64,000 nt of DNA from a virus, in the IMG/VR virus record IMGVR_UViG_3300042049_000003, positions 5,949 to 69,948 of that record; one strand, given 5' to 3'. The notes beneath the pieces are model-generated. The model worked only from the letters and a program-made list of their open reading frames with translations, did not search any database and was not told the origin of the DNA. Both the position numbers and the translations under genes were made by a program. Below, piece by piece: positions 29,696-38,530 of this stretch (position 1 is its first letter; every line of letters starts with the position of its first letter).

Positions 29696-30421
29696 ATGCA
29701 AGAAGAAACCAGAGACAAAACCAGTCATATAAAAATGGCGAAGATGGGGGATAAATCAGAGACAGTAGTAATCCCTAAATTCTCAGCAGAGAGTGGAAAG
29801 ACATACCGTGTCTGTATCCCAACGAACCAATTCCCTAAAAGTCTAACCTTCTATGACAAAGTTAGACCTAACAAGAACCTTTTTAAAGCTCCTTCAGACC
29901 AGAATCTATGTAATAAAATAGAACACTGTCTCGGGACACATCCGAAAGAGTTCTTTGTCATTGTTCTTTTTGTATACCATGCTAATAATGATGGAGAGCT
30001 TCTACCTCTACAAGTTCATCAGGGTGAACTTTACCACTGGAAAATTTCAAATATTAAGTGGAAGAAGTTAGGGATATTAAATAACAGGTCAACCATCATT
30101 AATGACGGGAGACAAAGCCAGCAAGTAGATCTTTTGTTAAGGCTAGAGGGGGACCCTCAATGGCAGAACATTGAGATGGATCTAGCAAAAGATGCAGCTT
30201 TTAAGAGAGACGATGCATCTTATGTATTCGCTACTAAAGGTGTGCCACACGCACTGTCTATGTGCCAAGATAAGTTAGGTTTCCATATCTCAGACCAAGA
30301 GTTAGAAGAGTATTATTCATTTGAATCTCCCAAAAATTTTGGTCAGGTTATTGTTGACAAAGATTTTACACCACATGGATCAGAGGACAAAGATCCATTA
30401 GACGGTATCTTAGACATATAG
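29696..30421 (+). CDS. Probable single-stranded DNA-binding protein (gp32-like)
   Basis: KFSAESGKTYRVCIP N-terminus and acidic C-terminal tail (EDKDPLDGILDI); next to RuvC and RecA. Confidence 0.55.
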   Translation: MQEETRDKTSHIKMAKMGDKSETVVIPKFSAESGKTYRVCIPTNQFPKSLTFYDKVRPNKNLFKAPSDQNLCNKIEHCLGTHPKEFFVIVLFVYHANNDGELLPLQVHQGELYHWKISNIKWKKLGILNNRSTIINDGRQSQQVDLLLRLEGDPQWQNIEMDLAKDAAFKRDDASYVFATKGVPHALSMCQDKLGFHISDQELEEYYSFESPKNFGQVIVDKDFTPHGSEDKDPLDGILDI

Positions 30422-30425
30422 GGTT

Positions 30426-30974
30426 ATGCCATTAATTCTAGGGATAGACCCATCTTTAAGGCATACAGGTCTTTGTCTTAAAGATGGGAATAACTTAACT
30501 TTTCACGAAATAAAAACTAAGTCTTTAGATGTGCTATCTGCAAGCGAACTTATAAGAGAAGAGTTCTTTAAGTTTGTTGAGGAAACAGGTTGTAGCAATT
30601 GTTCCGTGAGTATGGAGAAGCAGCTCAGTGTAGGTGCTAGCTATTCCTCGTTAATGTTCCATGTCCAAATGAATATGTTACAGGCCATTAAATTGCAGTG
30701 GGTTAAACCTTTCAATTTAATCATGCCGTTACCAGTTCATCTTCTTTCATATTTAAAGAGAGTGTACGGTCTAAAACCTTCTAGAGAAGCTTCTCCTGTA
30801 GTCAAGTTGTTTAAGGAGACGACTCTTTATCAAGACAGAGTATCTGTACATTGTGTAGACGCTTACTATCTCGCAGAGATAGGAGAGAAAATCATACGAG
30901 GTGAGCATTCATACAATAAGCCTAAGAAAGAGAAAAATTTAACTCCATGGAGGATATTAGATGGAACAGAGTAA
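30426..30974 (+). CDS. RuvC-like Holliday junction resolvase
   Basis: ILGIDPSLRHTGL, SMEKQ, HCVDAYYLA. Confidence 0.8.
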   Translation: MPLILGIDPSLRHTGLCLKDGNNLTFHEIKTKSLDVLSASELIREEFFKFVEETGCSNCSVSMEKQLSVGASYSSLMFHVQMNMLQAIKLQWVKPFNLIMPLPVHLLSYLKRVYGLKPSREASPVVKLFKETTLYQDRVSVHCVDAYYLAEIGEKIIRGEHSYNKPKKEKNLTPWRILDGTE

Positions 30975-32355
30975 ATCACAAAAGAAAGCCCAGAAATTAA
31001 GAGACACATTAAAATTTATACAAGAATTTCAGAAAAGAAGTAATGATGATGAGATATTCCCAGATCTATTAAAAGCAAAAAATATGGAAGTAACTCCTTC
31101 ATCTTCTGCGATTATTAACACAATAACAGGTATAGGTGGTTTTCCTAAAGGTCGCATAGTTGAGATATATGGAAGCTACTCCACAGGAAAGACTACAATA
31201 GCTATTGAATCAATGGCTTGTGTACAACAGAACGACGAAGATGCATGTGTTTTATTTATAGATTTTGAACATGCATTTGATTGGACATACGCAAAAAAAT
31301 TAGGTCTTTGTTTAGATCATGATAAGTTTATTTACATGCAACCTACGTGCCTTGAACAAGGCGCAGATGCAGCTATCACTGCATCTGAACGAGATTTAGT
31401 TGATTTCATAGTTATAGATTCTGTAGCTGCTATGACTCCTAAAAGTGAAATGGAAGGAGATATGTATACAGAGAAAGGTACACAGAAAGGTCTTCAAGCC
31501 GCTTTACTATCTAAATTTCTTGGCATACTCACTAAGAAGATAACGAGGGGAAAGAAACCACCTGTAATTTTAATTAACCAAACTAGATCAAGTATCAATA
31601 TCAATCCTCTTATAAAAGAAGACATTGATAAATCAGCTGGAGGTAAAGCGTTAACGTTTTATACAACTATGAGATTGGAATTAAAAGAGATTAAAAAGGA
31701 GGGAGGGGATAATAGAGGTACAAAAGGTACAGACCAAGCGTTTACACGTACCATTGTAAGTGTAAAATGCACAAAAAATAAGGTAGCTCCTCCTCAAATG
31801 CGAGGGAAGATCTGCATAGATTATGGTTCAGGTATTGATAACGTAAGTTCTATTGTAGAGTTAGCCACAGCTCATTTAGGTTTAACCACTGGGGGTGGTT
31901 ATTATGATTACGAAGGGGATTCGGAAGAAACTTCATTTAAAATAAGAGGTCTAGACAATCTACATGAATTATGTAAGTCAAATGATTCTTTAGCTTTAGA
32001 GTTAGAGAGAAAGGTTTTAGAGGCTCTAAAGAGAAAACATAGAGAGATGCTTTCTCTAGACGCTAATCAATGTAAATCATACTTACCGAAGGCACAAAAC
32101 CGTAAAACTTCTTCAAACACGATTCTTGATCAGTATGTAGATGAAGAGATAAAGGAAGTCCTTTTAACTCATGACATAGGTAACGAAGATAGGGTTAGTG
32201 GAGAAAAAATACTTTTACCTGTTGAGGTAGAAGAACCCTCGAAGGTAGAGGAAGAAGTACTTCTTGAACTAGAAAAGGTTCCTAGTTCAGATTCAGAAGG
32301 GGTATTAGATGAAGTTAAAATATCTAGTGCTGAAATTGATAACTTAGGACTATAA
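30961..32355 (+). CDS. recA: RecA/UvsX recombinase with long acidic C-terminal tail
   Basis: GGFPKGRIVEIYGSYSTGKTT, IVIDSVAAM, LINQTR, GGKALTFYTTMRL, KNKVAPP. Confidence 0.95.
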   Translation: MEQSKSQKKAQKLRDTLKFIQEFQKRSNDDEIFPDLLKAKNMEVTPSSSAIINTITGIGGFPKGRIVEIYGSYSTGKTTIAIESMACVQQNDEDACVLFIDFEHAFDWTYAKKLGLCLDHDKFIYMQPTCLEQGADAAITASERDLVDFIVIDSVAAMTPKSEMEGDMYTEKGTQKGLQAALLSKFLGILTKKITRGKKPPVILINQTRSSININPLIKEDIDKSAGGKALTFYTTMRLELKEIKKEGGDNRGTKGTDQAFTRTIVSVKCTKNKVAPPQMRGKICIDYGSGIDNVSSIVELATAHLGLTTGGGYYDYEGDSEETSFKIRGLDNLHELCKSNDSLALELERKVLEALKRKHREMLSLDANQCKSYLPKAQNRKTSSNTILDQYVDEEIKEVLLTHDIGNEDRVSGEKILLPVEVEEPSKVEEEVLLELEKVPSSDSEGVLDEVKISSAEIDNLGL

Positions 32356-32365
32356 AGGAGATTAT

Positions 32366-33085
32366 ATGCGTACAATTCTAGTAACAAGCTCAAGAGGAGT
32401 TAAGTCTCAAGATCTTCATGTTATGAGACATAGTCTCAATAAAGCTTTTCCTCACGCCAAGGTAGTGACGATTGCCCCTCATATAGATGATCGCTGGGGA
32501 AGTTTAAGAGTAACTGATCCTTATAATGGACAAAGTATAGAAAAAATAGCTACAGACTTCTACTCCATTAAAAATGGGTCTGTAGCGGATGTTATCTACC
32601 ATGCTATACAATCCAGGGAAGACTATGTAAAAAGTCCTTGGGATTTAGTTGTAGCAGGATGTACATACGGAAGTACTTTAGGTCTGGATATCTATCACTC
32701 AGGGAATGCCTCAGCGTGCATGTTAGCAACAAGCTTACTATCCATCACCTCTCTATGTATCTCTCAAGAGATAGACCCGCCTATTGAATCGGAAGTGGAT
32801 GTTCCCCCTATGTCGGAGGAAGACTTAGAGCCTTCATTCGCACCTTCTTACAACACGTTACCAGACATCCTTAGAAAGGTTGAGACTTTCGAAGAAGGTA
32901 GTTGTTGGAATATAAACATTCCACGTAAACCATCTATGGGAGTTAAATCTTGTCAGGTTTCTTCAAGTTCGATTATCAGACCAGTCTCACAGAATGTAAA
33001 ACAGGTTCAAAATAATCTTGGGAGAGATATACAGGCTGTAAGTGAAGGATATTGCACAGTGTCAAGGATTGGGTATTACTTTTAA
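32366..33085 (+). CDS. SurE-like protein, catalytic residues degenerate
   Basis: MRTILVTSSRG (canonical L-T-N-D-D-G), IAP, ADVIYHA, DLVVAGCTYGSTLGLDIYHSG, WNINIP and GYCTVS follow the SurE order. Confidence 0.7.
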   Translation: MRTILVTSSRGVKSQDLHVMRHSLNKAFPHAKVVTIAPHIDDRWGSLRVTDPYNGQSIEKIATDFYSIKNGSVADVIYHAIQSREDYVKSPWDLVVAGCTYGSTLGLDIYHSGNASACMLATSLLSITSLCISQEIDPPIESEVDVPPMSEEDLEPSFAPSYNTLPDILRKVETFEEGSCWNINIPRKPSMGVKSCQVSSSSIIRPVSQNVKQVQNNLGRDIQAVSEGYCTVSRIGYYF

Positions 33086-33098
33086 ATAAAGGTGTAAA

Positions 33099-34370
33099 GT
33101 GAAAGAAGATAATGGGGTTAGCCTGGAAGTTAGTGTTAGGAACTTCCAGGCTTTAGAGAATGTAGATCTTGTTATAAAAGGTTTTACAGTTGTAACAGGG
33201 GCTTCTAACACGGGTAAGTCTTCGTTAATAAGAGCTATAAGCTTCTGTTTATATGGGGATCAAGGCGAGACTTATATAAGGAGAGGTAAAGAGTATGCAG
33301 AGTGTAGTGTGACGCATACATTTCCATTATCTAATAAAAAGATAAGATATAGAAAAGTTTCGCAAAGCAGTACTAAAGAAGGGTTCTGTACAGAGTTCGA
33401 AATTGATGGAGTAGTTCATACTAAGTTAGGAAGGAGTCGCTCTATATCTATAGAGACAGGGTTTGAACCTGTCTCAACTACGTATGAAAGTCATAAGTTA
33501 AATCTGTCTTTACAACACGAAGGTTTATTTTTGATCTCAAGTCAGGGGTCAACTGTTGCTGAAGTTCTTCAATGTGTAGGAAGAGTAAATATCTTAACAG
33601 AGGCTTCAGGGTACGTTAAAGTAGACCACAGCCAAGAGACTTTAAAAAAGAAAGCTTGTTTAACTCTGGTAGAGGAGTGTCAAAAACGGTTTCAGGCGTT
33701 GGCATCTGTTCCAGAGATTAGTAGGAGTTTTTCAGAAGTAGACTCTTCTTTTGAAAAGATGGTAGGGGTCAGAAAGAAAAATAATAAGCTTCTAAACTTA
33801 TTACAGGAGTTTTTAGGGATAAAGGTAGTCTCTCTCCCTAAGGCGTTGACACTATTCTCTCCTTTAACAGACTTGAAAATCCTCCCTTTACTTCGTGAAT
33901 TACAGTCCATTAAACTTTTTACGTTACCTACCCACAAAGGTGCGAAAGATTTTGTAGATGTGGAAGATAGGTTAAAGAATATTCTCCTATTGAGAGAGCT
34001 TGAGAAGCTTCAAAGCAGTGTTCTACATTGTACAGTGGTACCTCCAGATAGTATGAAGTCTCCTTTCGTATCTTTAGTCTCTGATAAGAAAATCCCTCTT
34101 TTAGTAGAACTTTCTAACTTACAAGCTTCTCTAAGCTCTCACTCTACAAAGAATTTAAAACCTTTAGAGGAGAGTTTTAGACAAACAAGTCTAGGAGAGA
34201 TTCCTCTTTATCAGGAGTTATGTATGTTACAGGAAAGTCTTATAGATATTCAAACACGTCTTATAGAGGCTAAGGAGTCTATAACCAAGGTTGAAGAGTT
34301 AAAGAGAGAAATGGAAGTAGAGCTAGGAAATTGTCCTACTTGTGGAAGGAGTTTTGATAATGTTGAATAG
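33099..34370 (+). CDS. SbcC/Rad50-like ATPase, N-terminal half (Walker A, coiled coil, Zn hook)
   Basis: VRNFQALE, VVTGASNTGKSSLIRA, C-terminal CPTCG; no signature or Walker B. Confidence 0.85.
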   Translation: MKEDNGVSLEVSVRNFQALENVDLVIKGFTVVTGASNTGKSSLIRAISFCLYGDQGETYIRRGKEYAECSVTHTFPLSNKKIRYRKVSQSSTKEGFCTEFEIDGVVHTKLGRSRSISIETGFEPVSTTYESHKLNLSLQHEGLFLISSQGSTVAEVLQCVGRVNILTEASGYVKVDHSQETLKKKACLTLVEECQKRFQALASVPEISRSFSEVDSSFEKMVGVRKKNNKLLNLLQEFLGIKVVSLPKALTLFSPLTDLKILPLLRELQSIKLFTLPTHKGAKDFVDVEDRLKNILLLRELEKLQSSVLHCTVVPPDSMKSPFVSLVSDKKIPLLVELSNLQASLSSHSTKNLKPLEESFRQTSLGEIPLYQELCMLQESLIDIQTRLIEAKESITKVEELKREMEVELGNCPTCGRSFDNVE

Positions 34371-35484
34371 TGAAATACCTACGATAGAACTACCTATGAA
34401 CAATCCAAAAGTGTTTAGAGTTGTAGGAATTAATGACCCTCATTTCAGTGAAAGAGCCCCTTCAAATTTTAAAACTACTGAGGATTATTTTTCTCATGTA
34501 AAGGAGAACGTCACTAAGGTGATAGAGAAGGCTCGTTCTTTGAATGCCGATGCAGTTCTGTGGGGTGGTGACATGTTCCACTCTATAAATGCAAAAGCAA
34601 TCCCACACTCGCTAGTGTCACAGATTTCTAGTTTACTTACTATGGTAGATACAGGTGGGGAAGATGAGAATCTTAGGTTTAAAGCTTTACCTTCTTTAGG
34701 GATAGCTGGAAATCATGATTACAAGAATGGGAGTGTAGAGGCAGGGCTATCAGGACAGCCTTTGGAAACTTTAATAAATTCAGGGATCTTCCATCTTTTA
34801 GATAGGACAGAGTATGTTTTCACTTCGTCCGAGGATAAAAATTTCTCAGTTAGGATTGCAGGAGGATCTTACTATCACAGTAGAGCAGACCACGTTAAAG
34901 AGAAGAAGAGAAAAGGGGCTACCCATCTAATAGCTTTAGGTCACTTCTGGTTAGAAAAGTCTGACGGGGGTTTCTTTGGGGAAAAAGTATATGGTCATGG
35001 GTATTTTTCAGACAGTGAGGTAGATACACTCATGGTAGGTCACCACCATGAGGATAAAGGCATCACAACGATAGGAAGGCAGGCGTTTGCGTCCCAAGGG
35101 TCAATATCTATTACAGGTCACCATAATGAGTGTTTGGATAGAAAGCCCGCAGCTATTCTTATAGAACTAAAACCTGAGTATAGTGAAGAAGGTACTTTTT
35201 CTATTGATAGAAAAGTATACATACTTAGACCTTCACAAAAGTCAGGAAGAGATTTAGTAGATGAGAATAAGGTGTCACAGAAGAAGAAAGAAAATAAACA
35301 AATATCAGATTTTCTTTCTCATGACACAGGAGAAACCTCTATAGAATCCCCAATGGATTATCTTGGTGATATGAAACTTACAAAGGAGATAAAGGAAAGA
35401 ACAGCAACATATATAAAAAGAGCAGAAGAGAGTGTTAAGGAAACAGAAATGATAGGTGAAGATAATGAAGGAAGTGCAGAATAA
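34360..35484 (+). CDS. SbcD/Mre11-like metallophosphoesterase nuclease
   Basis: INDPH, GGDMFH, AGNHD, GHHHE motifs. Confidence 0.85.
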   Translation: MLNSEIPTIELPMNNPKVFRVVGINDPHFSERAPSNFKTTEDYFSHVKENVTKVIEKARSLNADAVLWGGDMFHSINAKAIPHSLVSQISSLLTMVDTGGEDENLRFKALPSLGIAGNHDYKNGSVEAGLSGQPLETLINSGIFHLLDRTEYVFTSSEDKNFSVRIAGGSYYHSRADHVKEKKRKGATHLIALGHFWLEKSDGGFFGEKVYGHGYFSDSEVDTLMVGHHHEDKGITTIGRQAFASQGSISITGHHNECLDRKPAAILIELKPEYSEEGTFSIDRKVYILRPSQKSGRDLVDENKVSQKKKENKQISDFLSHDTGETSIESPMDYLGDMKLTKEIKERTATYIKRAEESVKETEMIGEDNEGSAE

Positions 35485-36316
35485 CGAGAATTACCATGAG
35501 GATTACAGTAGTGTTGTAACGTATTGGAATAAGGCAATATCATGGACAAAGTTCAATCAATCTATGAATTGTCAAAGGCAGTTACAGAATACCATTTTGG
35601 GTATGCCAAGTCCTGATTTCGTAGACTATAATTACTATGCTGTTCTAGGTATAATAGTTCAAAGAGTGTTCGAGGTATACTTTAATAGACGGTTAAATAT
35701 ACAAAACAAGTATAGAAATGCAGCTTTCTATGACAAATTAATAGAGAGGGTGTGGAGCGTTATGTCTCCGGAGAAAGATACTGTTATCTACAGAGACGGA
35801 GAAACTCTTTCCAACTTAAACGAGGAGGTTATCTTCCTTTCTCACAAAGGGTTTAAGACATTTTCAGACATGGGAGTTCTTGGGTGTACTATTGACAGTG
35901 AAGTTCCATGGAGAACATGTTTAAGAGGCTTGACTCTATTTAGTAAGGTTGACTTTGTTCATGAGACTTTTTATGGAATCAAGATTTTTGACGGAAAATC
36001 TAATAAGGCGAGAGGTATATTACCAGATCAGCTTCTCTTTAATTCTTTGACAGCTCTAGGTTCAAGTAAGACTGTTATAAGTGCGGGGTATGTATATTGG
36101 AGGTCTGGGTTTAGTAAGGAGGATGTATCAGCCCCAGCCCTTAAAACTTTTAAAGATACAAAACTTCTAGCTCAAAAACCTCTATTCGACTCACTACAGA
36201 AGGGTATAAAACACGCCCTTCCAACTTCGCCTTCACTTAGTAAGTGTAGGTTTTGTAAATGGGGAAGTCTTTGCTCAGACTCTCTTTATCGATCAGCCCA
36301 TAACACAGGAGATTAA
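35465..36316 (+). CDS. PD-(D/E)XK (Cas4/RecB-like) exonuclease
   Basis: SKVDFV...IFDGKSN, Q-L, C-terminal CRFCKWGSLC. Confidence 0.75.
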   Translation: MKEVQNNENYHEDYSSVVTYWNKAISWTKFNQSMNCQRQLQNTILGMPSPDFVDYNYYAVLGIIVQRVFEVYFNRRLNIQNKYRNAAFYDKLIERVWSVMSPEKDTVIYRDGETLSNLNEEVIFLSHKGFKTFSDMGVLGCTIDSEVPWRTCLRGLTLFSKVDFVHETFYGIKIFDGKSNKARGILPDQLLFNSLTALGSSKTVISAGYVYWRSGFSKEDVSAPALKTFKDTKLLAQKPLFDSLQKGIKHALPTSPSLSKCRFCKWGSLCSDSLYRSAHNTGD

Positions 36317-36317
36317 A

Positions 36318-36596
36318 ATGGGAACTAAAGAAAAATACGACGAACTTAATTCAAAAAGAGAAAAGTTAAATTCAGATTTATCATACTTAGCAGCTCAAGA
36401 GGCTTTGAAGGTTCAGAAGATCGAAGCGATAAAGAAATCTCTTGAAGACTTAGGGTGTTCTACAGAAGACCCTTCAGCTCAAATTAAGGTTCTTGAAGAG
36501 AAAGAGGCAGAAAACTTAAAAAAAATAGAGGAAGAGTTAAAATCCTTTGAGGACAGTTTAATAGAGTGTGAGAAGTCAGGAGGGATCAATGTCTAA
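36318..36596 (+). CDS. Small coiled-coil protein
   Basis: 92 aa, heptad-rich, RBS AGGAG. Confidence 0.7.
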   Translation: MGTKEKYDELNSKREKLNSDLSYLAAQEALKVQKIEAIKKSLEDLGCSTEDPSAQIKVLEEKEAENLKKIEEELKSFEDSLIECEKSGGINV

Positions 36597-37854
36597 AGTC
36601 GAGTTCTCTGTAGATTCCGATGTGTTTAAATCTCACATTGATTTTGTTAAGAGTGGGTTAGGTGTCTCGGATACAAATATAGCTAACCTTCTTGTTTTGA
36701 TGCGGTTAGAAGGAACAACCTTGCATTTCTTCACATCAAATAATGATATGTTCTGTATCACCTCAACTGAAGTTTCTCTTAAAGGTTCTTGTGAAGGTGT
36801 GAAGAACTTTAGTATCTTGGGGTCAAAGTTAACCTCATTAGTTCAAGTAACAGATACTGAATCCATTACTTTTACGGTAGAAGAAGGTGTTGTAGGAATT
36901 AAGGTAGGGTTATTTCAAATAAGCTTGATTCAGCTTGACTCAAAAGTCATCAGTTCTCTATTAGATATGTACATAAGGTATGAGGATTGTTCAGATTATT
37001 TTGAGGTAGACAGCTCTATTCTACGTGAATCTGTATTGTGCGCATCTTCTTGCACTACTGTAAAGTCAGTAAGGTCAGAGTTAATGCATGTTCAATTAAG
37101 AAGAGGGAAGGTTATATCTACAGATGGTAGGAGAGTAATGATATATGATGCTCCAAATGCTTTCCCTAAGGATAAAGGTTTCAAGATACCTTCATCATGT
37201 ATAACCCAATCTGTTATCTGTATGAAGCACATTCCTTCTTCTATAATCAAAGTGTCTGAGGAGTCTTCCCATTTTGTGTTCTCTGGGAATAACGTAGGGT
37301 TTATTTTTGGAGTAAGAAAAGTAGACAGTGATATTCCAGACATAGAGAATCAGGTTTGTAATGTAGAAGTCTCCCCTGAAGACGAAATCTCTATTGATGC
37401 TGCTTCTCTTGATAATGCAGTGAAATCTACTTCTATAGGAATAGACACAGATAGTGAGGTCATTAGGTTTGAAGTTCATGGTGAAGATAGAAAAGCTTAC
37501 ATAGAGATATCTGCTTTAAATTCCTTACAGAAAAGGTCTTATAAAAAAGCTAGCGTCTCTAGGGGAGGTAGTAAGTCTATATCCTTCCCTATTTCCTATA
37601 AGCATCTTTTAGAAACTTTGAAGACTTCTACAAAAGGAGGAATCATTGATATCGAGGTTAGAACACCAGGAAATTATCTAGTTGTAAAAGATGAAACAGA
37701 TGTTAGAATCGTTTATACATTAATTCCTTTTAGGACTTCAAACGAACTTCAGGAAGAAATTCCTCACCCTAACACTCAGAGTGTTGAACCTAATATGGAA
37801 GACGTTATTCAAGAGTCTGATGTAGTAGATTCTTCTCAAGAGTTAGATTTGTAG
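36589..37854 (+). CDS. dnaN: DNA polymerase III beta-like sliding clamp
   Basis: Three-domain length and VISTDGRRVMIY motif (STDG.RL of beta clamps); acidic tail. Confidence 0.75.
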   Translation: MSKVEFSVDSDVFKSHIDFVKSGLGVSDTNIANLLVLMRLEGTTLHFFTSNNDMFCITSTEVSLKGSCEGVKNFSILGSKLTSLVQVTDTESITFTVEEGVVGIKVGLFQISLIQLDSKVISSLLDMYIRYEDCSDYFEVDSSILRESVLCASSCTTVKSVRSELMHVQLRRGKVISTDGRRVMIYDAPNAFPKDKGFKIPSSCITQSVICMKHIPSSIIKVSEESSHFVFSGNNVGFIFGVRKVDSDIPDIENQVCNVEVSPEDEISIDAASLDNAVKSTSIGIDTDSEVIRFEVHGEDRKAYIEISALNSLQKRSYKKASVSRGGSKSISFPISYKHLLETLKTSTKGGIIDIEVRTPGNYLVVKDETDVRIVYTLIPFRTSNELQEEIPHPNTQSVEPNMEDVIQESDVVDSSQELDL

Positions 37855-37876
37855 GTTTGAATTAAAGGGGATAAAA

Positions 37877-38530
37877 ATGCAAGTGGAAGAAGATGTAGAG
37901 ATAGACCTATTGCAAAAACTTGTACAAGATGTAAAACTTAGAGTTAAAGTTCTTGAACACACTTTTTCAGATAGGGAAGCAGTGCTAAAGAAAGCTCAAG
38001 ATGACTCAGAAATTACAGAGAGAGAGTTACAGGTTTTACAGCAAGTGAAAGAAGTTCTGTCTGCAATAACAGGTAAGTGTTTTAGTTCTGCTACTAAGAG
38101 GATAGAAGGTCTAGTTAATAAAGGGCTAAGTGAGGTTTTCGACGATCAGAACTTAGTATTCTCTATTCGGGCAAGTGTTTCAAGAAAGAAGAGTTTTGTA
38201 TCATTTCACTTAAGAGAGGGTTCAACTGGTGAGGATCTTCCTTTAATATCCTCTTATGGAGGAGGTGTTCTTAGTGTTATAGCAATTCTTTTGAGGATTA
38301 CAACAATTCACCTTCTAGAGAAAAGAAAGGTTTTGATCTTAGATGAGTCTTTATCTCAAGTCTCAGATGAGTATATAGAGAATTTATCAGCGTTCTTAAA
38401 CAACCTGTGTGAGAACAGTGATTTTATAATCCTTCTAGTCACTCATCAAAGAAAGTTCACTACTTATGCATCAGAACATTATCGAATGGTAAAAGGGTCG
38501 AATTCGACTACTTTAGAAAGGGTAACATGA
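37877..38530 (+). CDS. SbcC/Rad50-like ATPase, C-terminal half
   Basis: N-terminal coiled coil, then SSYGGG signature, LILDES Walker B and VTHQ H-loop. Confidence 0.85.
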   Translation: MQVEEDVEIDLLQKLVQDVKLRVKVLEHTFSDREAVLKKAQDDSEITERELQVLQQVKEVLSAITGKCFSSATKRIEGLVNKGLSEVFDDQNLVFSIRASVSRKKSFVSFHLREGSTGEDLPLISSYGGGVLSVIAILLRITTIHLLEKRKVLILDESLSQVSDEYIENLSAFLNNLCENSDFIILLVTHQRKFTTYASEHYRMVKGSNSTTLERVT

